From Octopus bimaculoides (Eukaryota), in NCBI RefSeq assembly GCF_001194135.2, contig NC_068989.1, positions 13,644,000-13,679,757 of the forward strand: 35,758 nt of DNA, read 5' to 3'. Of the stretch, positions 11,961 through 23,724 are shown piece after piece. Position 1 is the first letter of the stretch. The number at the start of each line of letters is the position of its first letter. The position numbers were made by a program, and so were the translations under genes. The notes under the pieces were generated by a model, which had not been told where the DNA came from, did no database searches, and saw only the letters and a program-made list of their open reading frames with translations.

Positions 11961-12193
11961 GAGTGAGGGACAGAGAGAAAGATGTGTTTGTGTGTGTGAG
12001 AAAAAGAGAAAGAGAGAAAGAGAGATTAATATACAAACATGGAGTCAAAGACAACTTCGTACACTGTAAACAAATATGCAAAAAAGATTATATCTACCAC
12101 TAACATACACACGTCCACACAAGCAAATACACACATTTAGACTTGCACACACACGCATATGTTTATATGTGTGTGTGCATGTATACACACACT

Positions 12194-12235
<42 letters not shown>

Positions 12236-12654
12236 GACATATATAAAGACGTACGGATAAACAATTCAATACAATCTAGACATGCACCTGTACAAACCTG
12301 TATATTCCATATACACATTTACAGGTAAATACATAAACACGAACATTGCACTTAGAGAGTACATGCCCATATATGTGTATGTATATGTATGTGTATTAAT
12401 GTAAGTGCTTGTGTCGTGTATCTGCACAGACCCACTCACAGCATTAACAGCAAAGATTTATTCTATCTGCAAATTTAATCGAAAACGAAAACTTTAACGA
12501 TGCCATAACTGATTATAATTACTATTGCAATGATTACATTGACTTAGAACTCTCAATGTTTCCTCTTCTCACAACATAAGACGGATAAATTCCGATAGAT
12601 TTCAGCAATACGATGGAATGACGAGGGAATAGAAGAAAACGGAGAGATACAGTA

Positions 12655-13090
12655 TTCTTCCTAGGCACCGTCGACTTCGCAATCAGGGTTTTTTATGGAT
12701 CGAGTCAGATTATATCATAAGTTTGGGGCACATCTTCGGCATTACAATATTGATTAGAAACACGATTGCTTACTTCACATTCTCCGGCAGCTTCTAATTA
12801 TTCGAAAACATTTTAGAAATTTGAGTCATCGCTTCTGTACCCTCCTGTTTAGCATTTTCGTTACCTCTTTGTAGAAAGAAACAGGATGGAACTTCGTGTT
12901 GATTCTCATTGGATTGACGCTGCTTCATTAGTTCATCGGCGAGAATTCTCAAGATTTGTTTATGGCGCCAACTATACTTAGCAAGGATGTCTTGCATGCT
13001 GCCAGAATAGTTCCAAGAATTCACCTTGGTGGCAGCAGTAGTATTTTCTACAATACTCCACATCGATGACCTTGACTCCCCCAATCAAAC
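12655..13090 (-). mobile_element. Decayed HERO-like (RLE-type) non-LTR retrotransposon ORF fragment
   Basis: Frameshifted minus-strand translation gives ILAACKTSL..KYSWRHKQILRILADEL, then CPKLMI*SDS and LIAKSTVPRKN. These match the HILSxC...RYxWRHxQVL, RPDxxxWS and ELTVPWEE motifs of HERO-clade elements. Confidence 0.7.
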
Positions 13091-13469
13091 TGTTTTGTTT
13101 TCTGATTGCTACCATCTACAATATCTTGTGCGGCGGAGTGAGTTTGTAAATTACTGCAATCACCATGACGATGCTAATTATGCACATATTCAATGAACCA
13201 TGTGCATGCAGTTTCCTTTGATCCAGCCCGCTGTTTTTCACACTTTAAAGCTCATTTCCTGATGTGGATCATAAAGTAAAGGGTTACACGCTTGGCTTCA
13301 TTTTAATTAGAAATCGTACAGATCAGCTCAGCAATGAAACGCAACTAAGTTTCAACAGCCGACGCAACTGGGCGTTGATAAACTACACACTCAGCAATGC
13401 AATGGATCAACAATAGTAACAGACCCTTGGTTGCCGTTTTCACGATATACAACTCTCTACAAAGAATTA

Positions 13470-13878
13470 GAGGTGCAATGGCCCAGTGGTTAGGGCAGCG
13501 GACTCGCGGTCGGAGGATCGCAGTTTCGATTCCCAGACCGGGCGTTGTGAGTGTTTATTGAGCGAAAACACCTAAGCTCCACGACGGAAACTGGAAGAAG
13601 CCCGTCATATATATATATATATATTTATATATTTATATATATGTGTGTGTGTGTGTGTTTGTGTGTCTGTGTTTGTCCCCCCACCATCGCTTGGCAACCG
13701 ATGCTGGTGTGTTTACGTCCCCGTAACTTAACGGTTCGGCAAAGAAGAGACCGATAGAATAAGTACTAGGCTTACAAAGAAGAAGTCCTGGGGTCGATTT
13801 TCTCGACTAAAGGCGGTGCTGCAGCATGGCCGCAGTCAAATGACTGAAACAAGTAAAAGAGTAAAGAGTAAAGAGTAA
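13470..13878 (+). mobile_element. Chimeric SINE: group A head fused to group B body and tail
   Basis: 13470-13584 matches the A heads at 17815 and 25822. 13583-13878 matches the B body (reverse complement of 17239-17575) and ends in (AAGAGT)n. Confidence 0.9.
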
Positions 13879-14423
13879 TTTGCTTGTATCATGCGAATTA
13901 TGTATATGATATGCATTGCCGACTCCTTTCGTTTGCATTTTGCAGAAGTGTACAGAGTATTATTTTGCAGTTCTCTTGATCGTTTCTCCGTCTGTATCTT
14001 TCGCTCTTGTGAATATCTCTCTCTACCATCATTCAATATTAGCTACGTGTTTTATTTATATTGATCGATTATATTAACGATTGTTCCTTTCTCAAAAACT
14101 TGAAGTGACTTAATATAGCTACAATATTCGGGCTTTCGTGCAACAGATGTTGTTTCGATATAACGATGGCCTCATAAGCCCTAAACCAGTAATTTCTCAG
14201 CTATTTTGGCTATATCAACACAAAGCAAGACATCTCCGTTCTTCTTCCTTTCCTTAAAGCCTCCCTCGTTTCTCTCTCCCTACCTCTCCCTCTCTGTCTC
14301 TCTAACGTCTTTCGCTTGGGATCTGCTAGTTTGTGCATCTGCCATTTTATATTTCAGTGTCATAGCGAAAACACCAACTCATCAAAACATCAACAGAGAA
14401 CAGCTCTCTTTCAGACGACTTAA

Positions 14424-14484
<61 letters not shown>

Positions 14485-15212
14485 CAAGTAACAGCTGAAT
14501 TTTGCCGACTTCTGTTCTTCCCATTATTTTCTGTTTACTTCTTTACCATTGTCCGTTTATACAAATATATGACACTCCAAATTAACTTGCAGTCAAGAAC
14601 TTTCGTTTAACGCAATTTCTACAAAATGAAATTACACATTTTAGCTTACAAACAAGAATAAAGGCATGAAAAATTCCTACGAACTCATTTATGTTAACTC
14701 ATTTATGTAAACCTAATTTTTATTAATGCTGTAATTGGAAATTGTTTTTTTTTTTTGTATTCATGAATTTTATCCAAGTACAACTTACTGTTTTTCATTG
14801 TATGCATAGCTGTCTACTTCAAACCTGTATTTAATACCTTTGTAAGAAGCACGTGTTGTTTAACTACATTTTACTACTCTCAACTCTAGTGCCACTTAGA
14901 TCTGAAGACGTATACACTTCTGGTAGCATGTTGAAAACAAAGGAAGATTGTCATCACTGTGCATTCCTTAGAACACTTATCAAACCCTTTTTCCATTTCG
15001 AAATGAGTTATTTATCTCAACATTCCAGATTCCATTTCTCTTCTAAGAAATGCCGTGCTTTCGTCTTACACTTCTGAACACTCAAGAAAGAAAGAAAGAA
15101 AGAAAGAAAGAGAAGAAGTAAAGAAATAAGAAAACAGCTTTGCTTTTTTTTTGCTTTTTTTTTTTTTTCAACTAAGAATTGAAATTTTCTTGTAATTTAT
15201 TATATTCGTATC

Positions 15213-15677
15213 ATGTTTCCACATCATAATCATCATTTTCTTCTCCCTCCTCTTCTTCTTCTTCCAACCCAACCAACTTCAAAACCAGCAACCGTCACCA
15301 CCACCATCACCACCACCGCCACCGCCACTAGCACTACTCCTGCTACTACTACTACTACTACTACTACTAATACTACTACCATCACCACCACCATCACCAC
15401 CACTACTACTACTACTATTACTACTACTACCACAACCATCACCACCACCACTACTACTACTACTACTACCACAATCACCACCACCACTACTACTACTACC
15501 ACAACCACCACCACCACCACCACCACTACTACTACTACCACCACAACCACCACCACCACCACTACTACTACTACCACAACCACCACCACCATCAACAACA
15601 ACAACAACAACATCATCATCGTCGTCGTCATTCTAATCGCCATTATCACCTTCGTCACCGCTATCACCTGTGTCTAA
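15213..15677 (+). repeat. Imperfect (ACC/ACT/ATC)n array forming a Thr-rich open frame
   Basis: Read directly. Coding status is unsupported. Confidence 0.85.
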
Positions 15678-15775
15678 TTACCGTATATCATTGCATACAG
15701 TGTTTTTCTTTACCATGGTAACCTAGATGAGGAATCTAAGAAAGGAAAAGCGAGAGAAAGAAAGGGAGTCGGAGA

Positions 15776-15812
<37 letters not shown>

Positions 15813-16129
15813 GGAGACAGAGAGAGAGAGAGAGAGAACGCGACAAACTGAGAGGGAGGAAGTGGGATTGACGAAGATGCATTAATTTTCACACTTATCC
15901 ATTGTTGTCAAAAGTAATTGTAGCTTCCCGCCCCCGCCCCCACCGACACCCCTCCATTTTCATGATATAACTGTACAGCAATGACCGCTAGTTGAACCCG
16001 TAACCGTCTTATAATTGTTGTGCGGTTGATTTTCTCCTTGTAAATCTTCGTTTATTGATAAATTATTAACGTCGAAAGGAGAACTTGTGAATCCTTTCGG
16101 TTGGGTGAAGTATATGCTATTATTGCTGT

Positions 16130-16400
16130 TGTTATTGTTGTTGTTGTTGTTTTTGTTGTTGTTGTTGTTGTTGTTGTTGTTGCTTCTGTTGTTGTTGTTG
16201 TTTAGACCTGGATTAGCCCTGAATAAGCAAACCTATGATCAAATCATGCTACCCAAATGACCATCTCGTACCAATATTGATTGTATATGTACTGCTAGAT
16301 CGTTCTCCATATACTCTCTGTTTTAGGACGGAGAGTGTGATTTGAGAACATCTGGTTGTTTTCACAAGAGTATCTGACGATCTCGTAGACAACCAAGCCC
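16130..16400 (-). mobile_element. Possible retroposon 3' end with (CAA)n tail
   Basis: A (GTT)n run joins tagacctggattagccctga..., similar to an octopus repeat I recall. Single copy here. Confidence 0.3.
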
Positions 16401-17238
16401 CAGCTCACCGAAAACAGTGCCAAGCACTCGATTGCCTATCTTAAAACGTGTGCTTTGAGAGAACTTAGCTGCTATTATTAGCGAGTCTAGAGACCTCATA
16501 GAGGCTCCCTCCTTTGTGGTAGTTAGTCTTTGTTTTCGTTTACGGGATCAGCAGTTTTGCTAACCTTGTAACTACTATTCCTCTGGTTGATGAGGTCGAA
16601 GTCGCCCATCCGTCAAGTACTCTTCGACATTTTCGAATGCTGATCAGGAATGTCTGTAATGATAACCTTTCATTAATATCTGTTTGTCTGATGGTGTTTA
16701 TGTGTTTCATTTTATTTGCTAAAAAAATGCGCAAACGCAAACGCTTAGTTTTAGAATGGTGGCAGCTGATGAAGGAAATGTTCTCTATGTGGCCTGTGTG
16801 TTTTCTGTACTCTGTTTATAATTTTGTCCACGTTTTTTTTGCAACGTCCTGTACCCAGATATGCATCTATATATACATGTAGCTGTAGGTATGTACATAC
16901 ATGTATGTATATATGCGTATATACTCATATATTATTTGTATTACATGATCGAACGCACGCGTCATCCTTGCAAGTAAGTTCTAACTTTAGATAAACGAGT
17001 AGTTTAAGAAGTCGCAATCTTAATGTGCAAAGCTTAATCCCACACTACAGCTCTCATTTTGTTTGTTTTTTTTGTTTGTATTTTGTTCTCTTTCATCGTT
17101 TCTGAATCCCCGCCCTCTACCCCGCTTTTTCTACACTCTGCTCTTCTCGTTGATAAAATTGAAGACAGAAAATGATGACTGACGGTGAGAATAGTAATAA
17201 ATCTATCATTAACAATGATAGGAGTCGTTGGTAGCAGA

Positions 17239-17453
17239 CTACTCTTTTACTCTTTTACTTGTTTCAGTCATTTGACTGTGGCCATGCTGGAGCACCGCCT
17301 TTTTCGTCGAGCAAATCGACCCCAGGACTTATTCTTTGGAAGCCTAGTACTTATTCTATCGGTCTCTTTTTGCCGAATCGCTAATTTACGGAGACGTAAA
17401 CATACTAGCATCGGTTACCAAGCGATATTGTGGGGACAAACACAGATACACAA

Positions 17454-17548
<95 letters not shown>

Positions 17549-17711
17549 CGACAGGCTTCTTTCAGTTTCCGTCTATCAAATCCACTCACAAGGCTTTGGT
17601 CGGCCCGAGGCTATAGTAGAAGACAATTTCCCAAGGTGCCACGCAATGGGAATGAACCCGAAACCATGTGGCTGGTAAGCAAGCTACTTACCACACAGCC
17701 ACTACTGCGCC
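17239..17711 (-). mobile_element. Full-length SINE group B with internal (GT)n/(CTAT)n
   Basis: Head ggcgcagtagtggctgtgtgg, B-box-like ggttcattccc, CORE-like gcaccttggga, tail (AAAAGAGT)n. No convincing target duplication. Confidence 0.92.
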
Positions 17712-17814
17712 TATAACTAAGAGAGATCGTCTACACTAAATCAGTACCAAAACTAATAGTGTGACACCACCCTCTACACACTCACCTTCTTTTACAGTTG
17801 GTACATGATAAAAG

Positions 17815-18123
17815 GTGGAGGCGCAATGGCCCAGTGGTTAGGGCAGCGGACTCGCGGTCGGAAGATCGCGGTTTCGATTTCCAGACCGGGCGTTGTGTGT
17901 GTGTTTATTGAGCGAAAACACCTAAAGCTCTACGAGGCTCCGGCAGGGGTGGGGTGGTGTACTCTTTCGCCCCAACTTTCTCTCACTCTGTCTTCCTGTT
18001 TCTTGAGTAACGCTGCGATGGACTGGCGTCCCGCCCAGCTGGGGGAACACATACGTCATAGAAACCGGGAAACCGGGCCCATGAGCCTGGCTAGGCTTTA
18101 AAAGGGCGCATAATAAAAAAATA
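17815..18123 (+). mobile_element. Full-length SINE group A with A-rich tail
   Basis: A-box tggcccagtgg, B-box ggtttcgatttcc. Exact 12-bp duplication acatgataaaag at 17803-17814 and 18124-18135. Confidence 0.95.
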
Positions 18124-18325
18124 ACATGATAAAAGCGAGGAAGACGAACTGTTCATCCATTCCAAAGTTAGTTGGTTGTTTGCTCTGCACAACAGACTTG
18201 CTATCTGGTCGGATATCTGCCACCCGTGTTAAAAATATTCAATATAGACCCTATATAGTCTTCCATAATTTCCTGTGAGTGCTCTGCTCGCGAGTGATAA
18301 AGATTTTATGCGATTTTCACCAATA

Positions 18326-18550
18326 GGCGCCGATGTGGCTGTGTGGTAAGAATTTTGCTTCCCAACCACATGGTTCCGGATTCAGTCCCACTGCGTGTCA
18401 CCTTGAGCAAGTGTCTTCTTAGAGACCAGGCTCAATTGAGACCGGGCTTAAAAGAAAAAAAGAAGTACTGAGGTCGAATCATTCGACTAGAAATTCGAGG
18501 TGGTGCTCCCTGCACGGCCGCAGTCAATGACTGCAACTAGTAAAAGGTAA
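18326..18550 (+). mobile_element. Short or older SINE group B copy lacking the central microsatellite module
   Basis: B head 18326-18420 and a diverged B tail ggtgctcc...gccgcagtcaatgactg...gtaaaag. Confidence 0.8.
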
Positions 18551-18559
18551 TAGTCTGAT

Positions 18560-19203
18560 ATTCTTTTATTCGTTTATTTGTTTCAGTCATTTGACAGCGG
18601 CTATGCTGGAGCACCGCATGTAATCGAACAAATTGACACCGGGACTTATTCTTTGTAAGTTCAGTACTTATTTTATCGGTCTCTTTCGCCGAACCGCTAG
18701 GATACGGGGACGTAAACATACCAACATCGGTTGTCAAGCGGTGGTGGGGTGACAAACACAGACACACAAATACACAAACATATACACACACACGCACACA
18801 CACACACACATACACACGTATATATATACGTACGCCGCTGTATTTTTATATATAAAAAATACAAAAATGGGACAAGAACGCAAAATGTCTAGACAGTTAG
18901 GTGATACAAAAAAGGGACAACAAAACATACAGGCAGACGATACAAAGAAAACAAGGATGGGTCATTCGGAGTTTTCTTTCCTTAGTCGAGTTCCAGATTA
19001 TCTTTACAATTTCGGCTGATTATACTCGACGTTGCTCCAACGACGGTCTTCTTTCAGTTTCCGTCTACCAAATCCACACACGAGGCTTTGGTCGGCCCGA
19101 GGCTATAGTAGAAGACACTTACCCAAGGTGCCACGCAGTGGGACTGAACCCGGAGCCATCTGATTGGTAAGCAAGCTACTTACCACACAGCCACACCTGC
19201 GCC
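18560..19203 (-). mobile_element. Full-length SINE group B interrupted by a nested insert
   Basis: Colinear with 17239-17711 except for an extra 209 bp at 18831-19039. Confidence 0.9.
18831..19039 (-). mobile_element. Nested repeat fragment (label E), possibly a Penelope-like terminal region
   Basis: Related to 30051-30173 (shared acgtac.ccgct, agacagttag.tgatacaaa, gggtcattcggag). Family and strand are by recollection only. Confidence 0.55.
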
Positions 19204-19308
19204 TATATGTATGTGTTTCTAGCAGCAGAACTGACCGGGATATAAGAATATTGTTCAATTGTGGTTCTCATTTGAGCATCGTAAAGATAGTGTAATTGTT
19301 GAAAACGA

Positions 19309-19332
19309 GGGTTAGGGTTAGGGTTAGGGTTA
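19309..19332 (+). repeat. Interstitial telomere-type repeat (GGGTTA)4
   Basis: Four exact units read directly. Confidence 0.9.
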
Positions 19333-19360
19333 CAGTCTATGAGGTACAGTCTTTGTGTTG

Positions 19361-19559
19361 ATTTCAAATTTTGCCACAAGGCCAGCAATTCGGAGGAGTG
19401 GGGTGAGATCGATTACATCGACCCCAGTCCTCAACTGGTAATTATTTTATCGACTCCGAAAGGATAGAAGGTGAAGTAGACCTCGGGGTGGAATATGAAC
19501 TCAGAAGGTAAAGACGGACGAGATGCCGCGAAGCATTTTCCCCGGCATGTAGCGATTCC
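19361..19559 (-). mobile_element. SINE group C, near full length
   Basis: The reverse complement gives gaatcgctacatgccggggaaaatgc...gagttcatattcc...gtcgataaaataattaccagttg...ggggtcgatgtaatcga, colinear with 26145-26280 and 5285-5401. Confidence 0.85.
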
Positions 19560-19861
19560 CCCTGTTACCTTCCTTGTGCAGCTTTTATTTTAAGTAGAGA
19601 AAGCATGGTCAGCAGAGTCACGAAGGACCTTGTGTAATTTAGGAAATGGCTATGTGAGCCAGGCCCAAACCTTCAGTTGGCTAACTGTGTACGGTAGAAT
19701 GATTCGATCTGAGTTTCGCAAGCACTACACAGTAACGTTAACAAGAACGGAAATGACGACTCATGATGTGGCGTGAGGTGAGTGCCGTTTTTGATACATA
19801 TAAGGATGTGAATGGTGAAGAAGAGGGAGAAAAGTAGGAGAGGAATTAATGCTAAGGAATA

Positions 19862-19915
<54 letters not shown>

Positions 19916-19989
19916 ATTTATTTCTCCTCTTAAATAGGCGTAACACAAATCAGTTTGTCACTAGTATACAAATATGAATATAGGAAGAC

Positions 19990-20033
<44 letters not shown>

Positions 20034-20116
20034 GTATGTTTATATATTTATATTCTTATATATATATGCATATATATATATATTTATATATATATACATA
20101 TACATATATATATATA

Positions 20117-20158
<42 letters not shown>

Positions 20159-20382
20159 GTCTTATATATATATACATACATATATATTTCTATATATATG
20201 TATATATATATGGTATATATATATATACTGTATATAGATATATATATTGTGTATATATAAGTATATATATGTATGTACGTGTGTGTATATGTATATATAT
20301 ATATACACACACACATACATACATACATACATATATGTCTATTTTGTATTTGTGTGTTAATGCGTGTATGAACATATAATTG

Positions 20383-20439
<57 letters not shown>

Positions 20440-21768
20440 AGTGTGTGTGTATATGTGTGTGTGTGTGTACAGATACACACACATGTACACGTAAATACCT
20501 CAACGCAGACATGCAGCCATGCCTACAAACAGTCACATTACTCAGCCACAATCGCAACGGCGGCAGAAACAGGTGATAACTGTTAGAAACGAAAGTACTC
20601 AAGAGAAAAAAGACGAGCGCTTGGAGAATTCGCTGTATATTTTGGTTGTTAATGTATAAAGTTGAAAATACTGTTACGAAATAATATCTTTCCTATATAT
20701 CATGTTTTTCTAGTTATTTTCATATTCATTCGCGTCTATCTCCACTCTGCCTCTTTCTATGAACCCCCTCTCTCTCTCTCTCTCCCTCTCTCCCTCCCCC
20801 CAACCTCCCTCTCTCTCTCTCTCTTTCTCTCTCTCTCTGTCTCTTTTCCATTTTCTAATTCTTCTCATTTCTCGCTTTGCCTTTCTTTCTAGCGGATATT
20901 CACTAACTTATAGTTCACTATTGTATAACTACATTTTACCGTCTTTGTTGCTATATAAGTAGTGCTTCCTTTACTCTTGAAAATGTATCATCAAGACTCA
21001 ATTGTGTCTTATTATACACAAGGGTAAAATTCACTACGAAAAATGTAGTCGAAAATTACAAATACTTTCTCGCCAAATAATACAAAACATGTGCTTCTTA
21101 ATTTATTGTCTCTTTCAGGAGTTGTTTCTTTGTCTCATTCTTTGTACTTTTATATAAATATCTGTAAAATCATATAGACGTCTCTATTTTCTCTATTTTC
21201 GCGAGTTGAGGCGTCATGCCGTCGCTAGTCACTGTTACGCCCTCACACAGACACACACACAAACGTACACACGTACAGGCGTATAAACGCAGAGTTTACA
21301 TAGCGAAGAGAGAGTGGAAATGAAAATTTCTAACATGAGCTGAGAAGAACGATCATAAATCGAGTATTAATAAAAATAAATAAATAAATAAAAATAAATA
21401 AATAAATAAAAAATAAATAAATAAATAAAAATAATGTGCAGAAACAATGACGTGTCTGTTGATTCGCAATACGTTCTGGCAGATTTGAACGTGAATATCT
21501 CTGATCGATATTGATTTTCGTCATCTGAGAACATCTACTACCTTTAGATGATTGCGAGTTCATAACACATGCGATTCTCTGATGTAAGCATAATTTTGAA
21601 CCACTAAGATTTTTGCCTCAACATCACACACACAAATACACACATACACACATAGACATAGAAACACACACACACACACACACATTGACACACACATAGA
21701 CACGCACAAATATGTATGGTGAGAAAGAGAGAGTGAAAGATAATAAGGCAGATAAGCACAGTTAGGCT

Positions 21769-21801
<33 letters not shown>

Positions 21802-23445
21802 AGCAATGTTAATTCTCTAAATGAAGTATTAACAGTAACTGCACGATAAAGTGTAGTATATTGCCACTTAAGTGTGGCTGACCCCTAGGGGTGGATGTTA
21901 CTGTTGCTTTTAGCCCCAGGAGGACNNNNNNNNNNNNNNNNNNNNNNNNNNNNNNNNNNNNNNNNNNNNNNNNNNNNNNNNNNNNNNNNNNNNNNNNNNN
22001 NNNNNNNNNNNNNNNNNNNNNNNNNNNNNNNNNNNNNNNNNNNNNNNNNNNNNNNNNNNNNNNNNNNNNNNNNNNNNNNNNNNNNNNNNNNNNNNNNNNN
22101 NNNNNNNNNNNNNNNNNNNNNNNNNNNNNNNNNNNNNNNNNNNNNNNNNNNNNNNNNNNNNNNNNNNNNNNNNNNNNNNNNNNNNNNNNNNNNNNNNNNN
22201 NNNNNNNNNNNNNNNNNNNNNNNNNNNNNNNNNNNNNNNNNNNNNNNNNNNNNNNNNNNNNNNNNNNNNNNNNNNNNNNNNNNNNNNNNNNNNNNNNNNN
22301 NNNNNNNNNNNNNNNNNNNNNNNNNNNNNNNNNNNNNNNNNNNNNNNNNNNNNNNNNNNNNNNNNNNNNNNNNNNNNNNNNNNNNNNNNNNNNNNNNNNN
22401 NNNNNNNNNNNNNNNNNNNNNNNNNNNNNNNNNNNNNNNNNNNNNNNNNNNNNNNNNNNNNNNNNNNNNNNNNNNNNNNNNNNNNNNNNNNNNNNNNNNN
22501 NNNNNNNNNNNNNNNNNNNNNNNNNNNNNNNNNNNNNNNNNNNNNNNNNNNNNNNNNNNNNNNNNNNNNNNNNNNNNNNNNNNNNNNNNNNNNNNNNNNN
22601 NNNNNNNNNNNNNNNNNNNNNNNNNNNNNNNNNNNNNNNNNNNNNNNNNNNNNNNNNNNNNNNNNNNNNNNNNNNNNNNNNNNNNNNNNNNNNNNNNNNN
22701 NNNNNNNNNNNNNNNNNNNNNNNNNNNNNNNNNNNNNNNNNNNNNNNNNNNNNNNNNNNNNNNNNNNNNNNNNNNNNNNNNNNNNNNNNNNNNNNNNNNN
22801 NNNNNNNNNNNNNNNNNNNNNNNNNNNNNNNNNNNTATATATATATATATATAACGTGATGTTTAAAGGTCACTTTCACTGACCTTTGCTTGTTTACGAA
22901 GTCCAAGACGAAGCAGATGAAACATGAGATAATCTGGGACACAGTTTTATAGAAAAGAGAACTAAATAACGCTAATCGATCGAGAACAGGGTAGGGGGCA
23001 TGTCTGGACCGGATGTATACCAGAATACTATGCGCCGCTATATAACTATGTGCAACGATAAGATCCAAAAGCTTTCTTCAAAAGTAATTTTTAGAAGATA
23101 AAAAGCACATACTTACCTTTTTACCAAATTATATTAGAAATCATATCTTCAAACTTCTGCCCATTTCCTGTACGAAGAAAACTTTATAGAATAATGAAAA
23201 TCGATTAGTAGATTACGAAACTATAATAGAAAATTGTAGACAGCTTGTTTGATGGAAGTACTTTAGTACACGGAGTTAAGAAGGAAACTGATACAGAAAG
23301 TTATTCTGTTAAACTATTTTCTTAACCCCTTAGCAAAATTCAGCAGTTGATACATAGAGACATTGAAACATATGTACGTATATATACAGACATATATGCA
23401 TGTGCACATGCGCGCACATGCTCATTAATGTGTGTGCTGATACAT

Positions 23446-23724
23446 ATATTATTCAAAAGAATTCCAACTCTGTCTGTTTTTTATGTTTTATTTGTATTCT
23501 TATAAAATTAATGTAGGATATAATATATGGAATATATAGTATTTATAGGAAAACGAAATGAAGTATTGAATGTCTTATTGAATAATCGAAATATTGAATA
23601 TTAAATATTAAAGGACTACTATATATTCCATATACTATATATTCCATATTCTATATCCTACATTAATTTTATAAGAATATAAATAAAACATAAAAAACAG
23701 AGTAGGAATTCTTTTGAATAATAT
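23446..23724. repeat. Long inverted repeat, arms about 95 bp, spacer about 75 bp
   Basis: 23446-23541 pairs with 23633-23724 at roughly 90% identity. A 16-bp tandem duplication lies at 23617-23648. The right arm ends at a gap. Confidence 0.9.

Noticed and set aside
12794-13084. 96-aa ORF as a host gene
   Set aside because: It is a frameshifted patch of a decayed RLE retrotransposon.
15925-15957. GC-box cluster (ccgccc twice) as a promoter
   Set aside because: Short motif, no CpG island and no linked gene start.
17815-17890. tRNA gene calls for the A/B-box heads (also 906, 13470, 25750)
   Set aside because: No complete cloverleaf or acceptor stem. Each continues into a shared SINE body, and two have target duplications.
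17239-19203. Target-site duplications for the group B copies
   Set aside because: Flanks were inspected and no match longer than chance was found.
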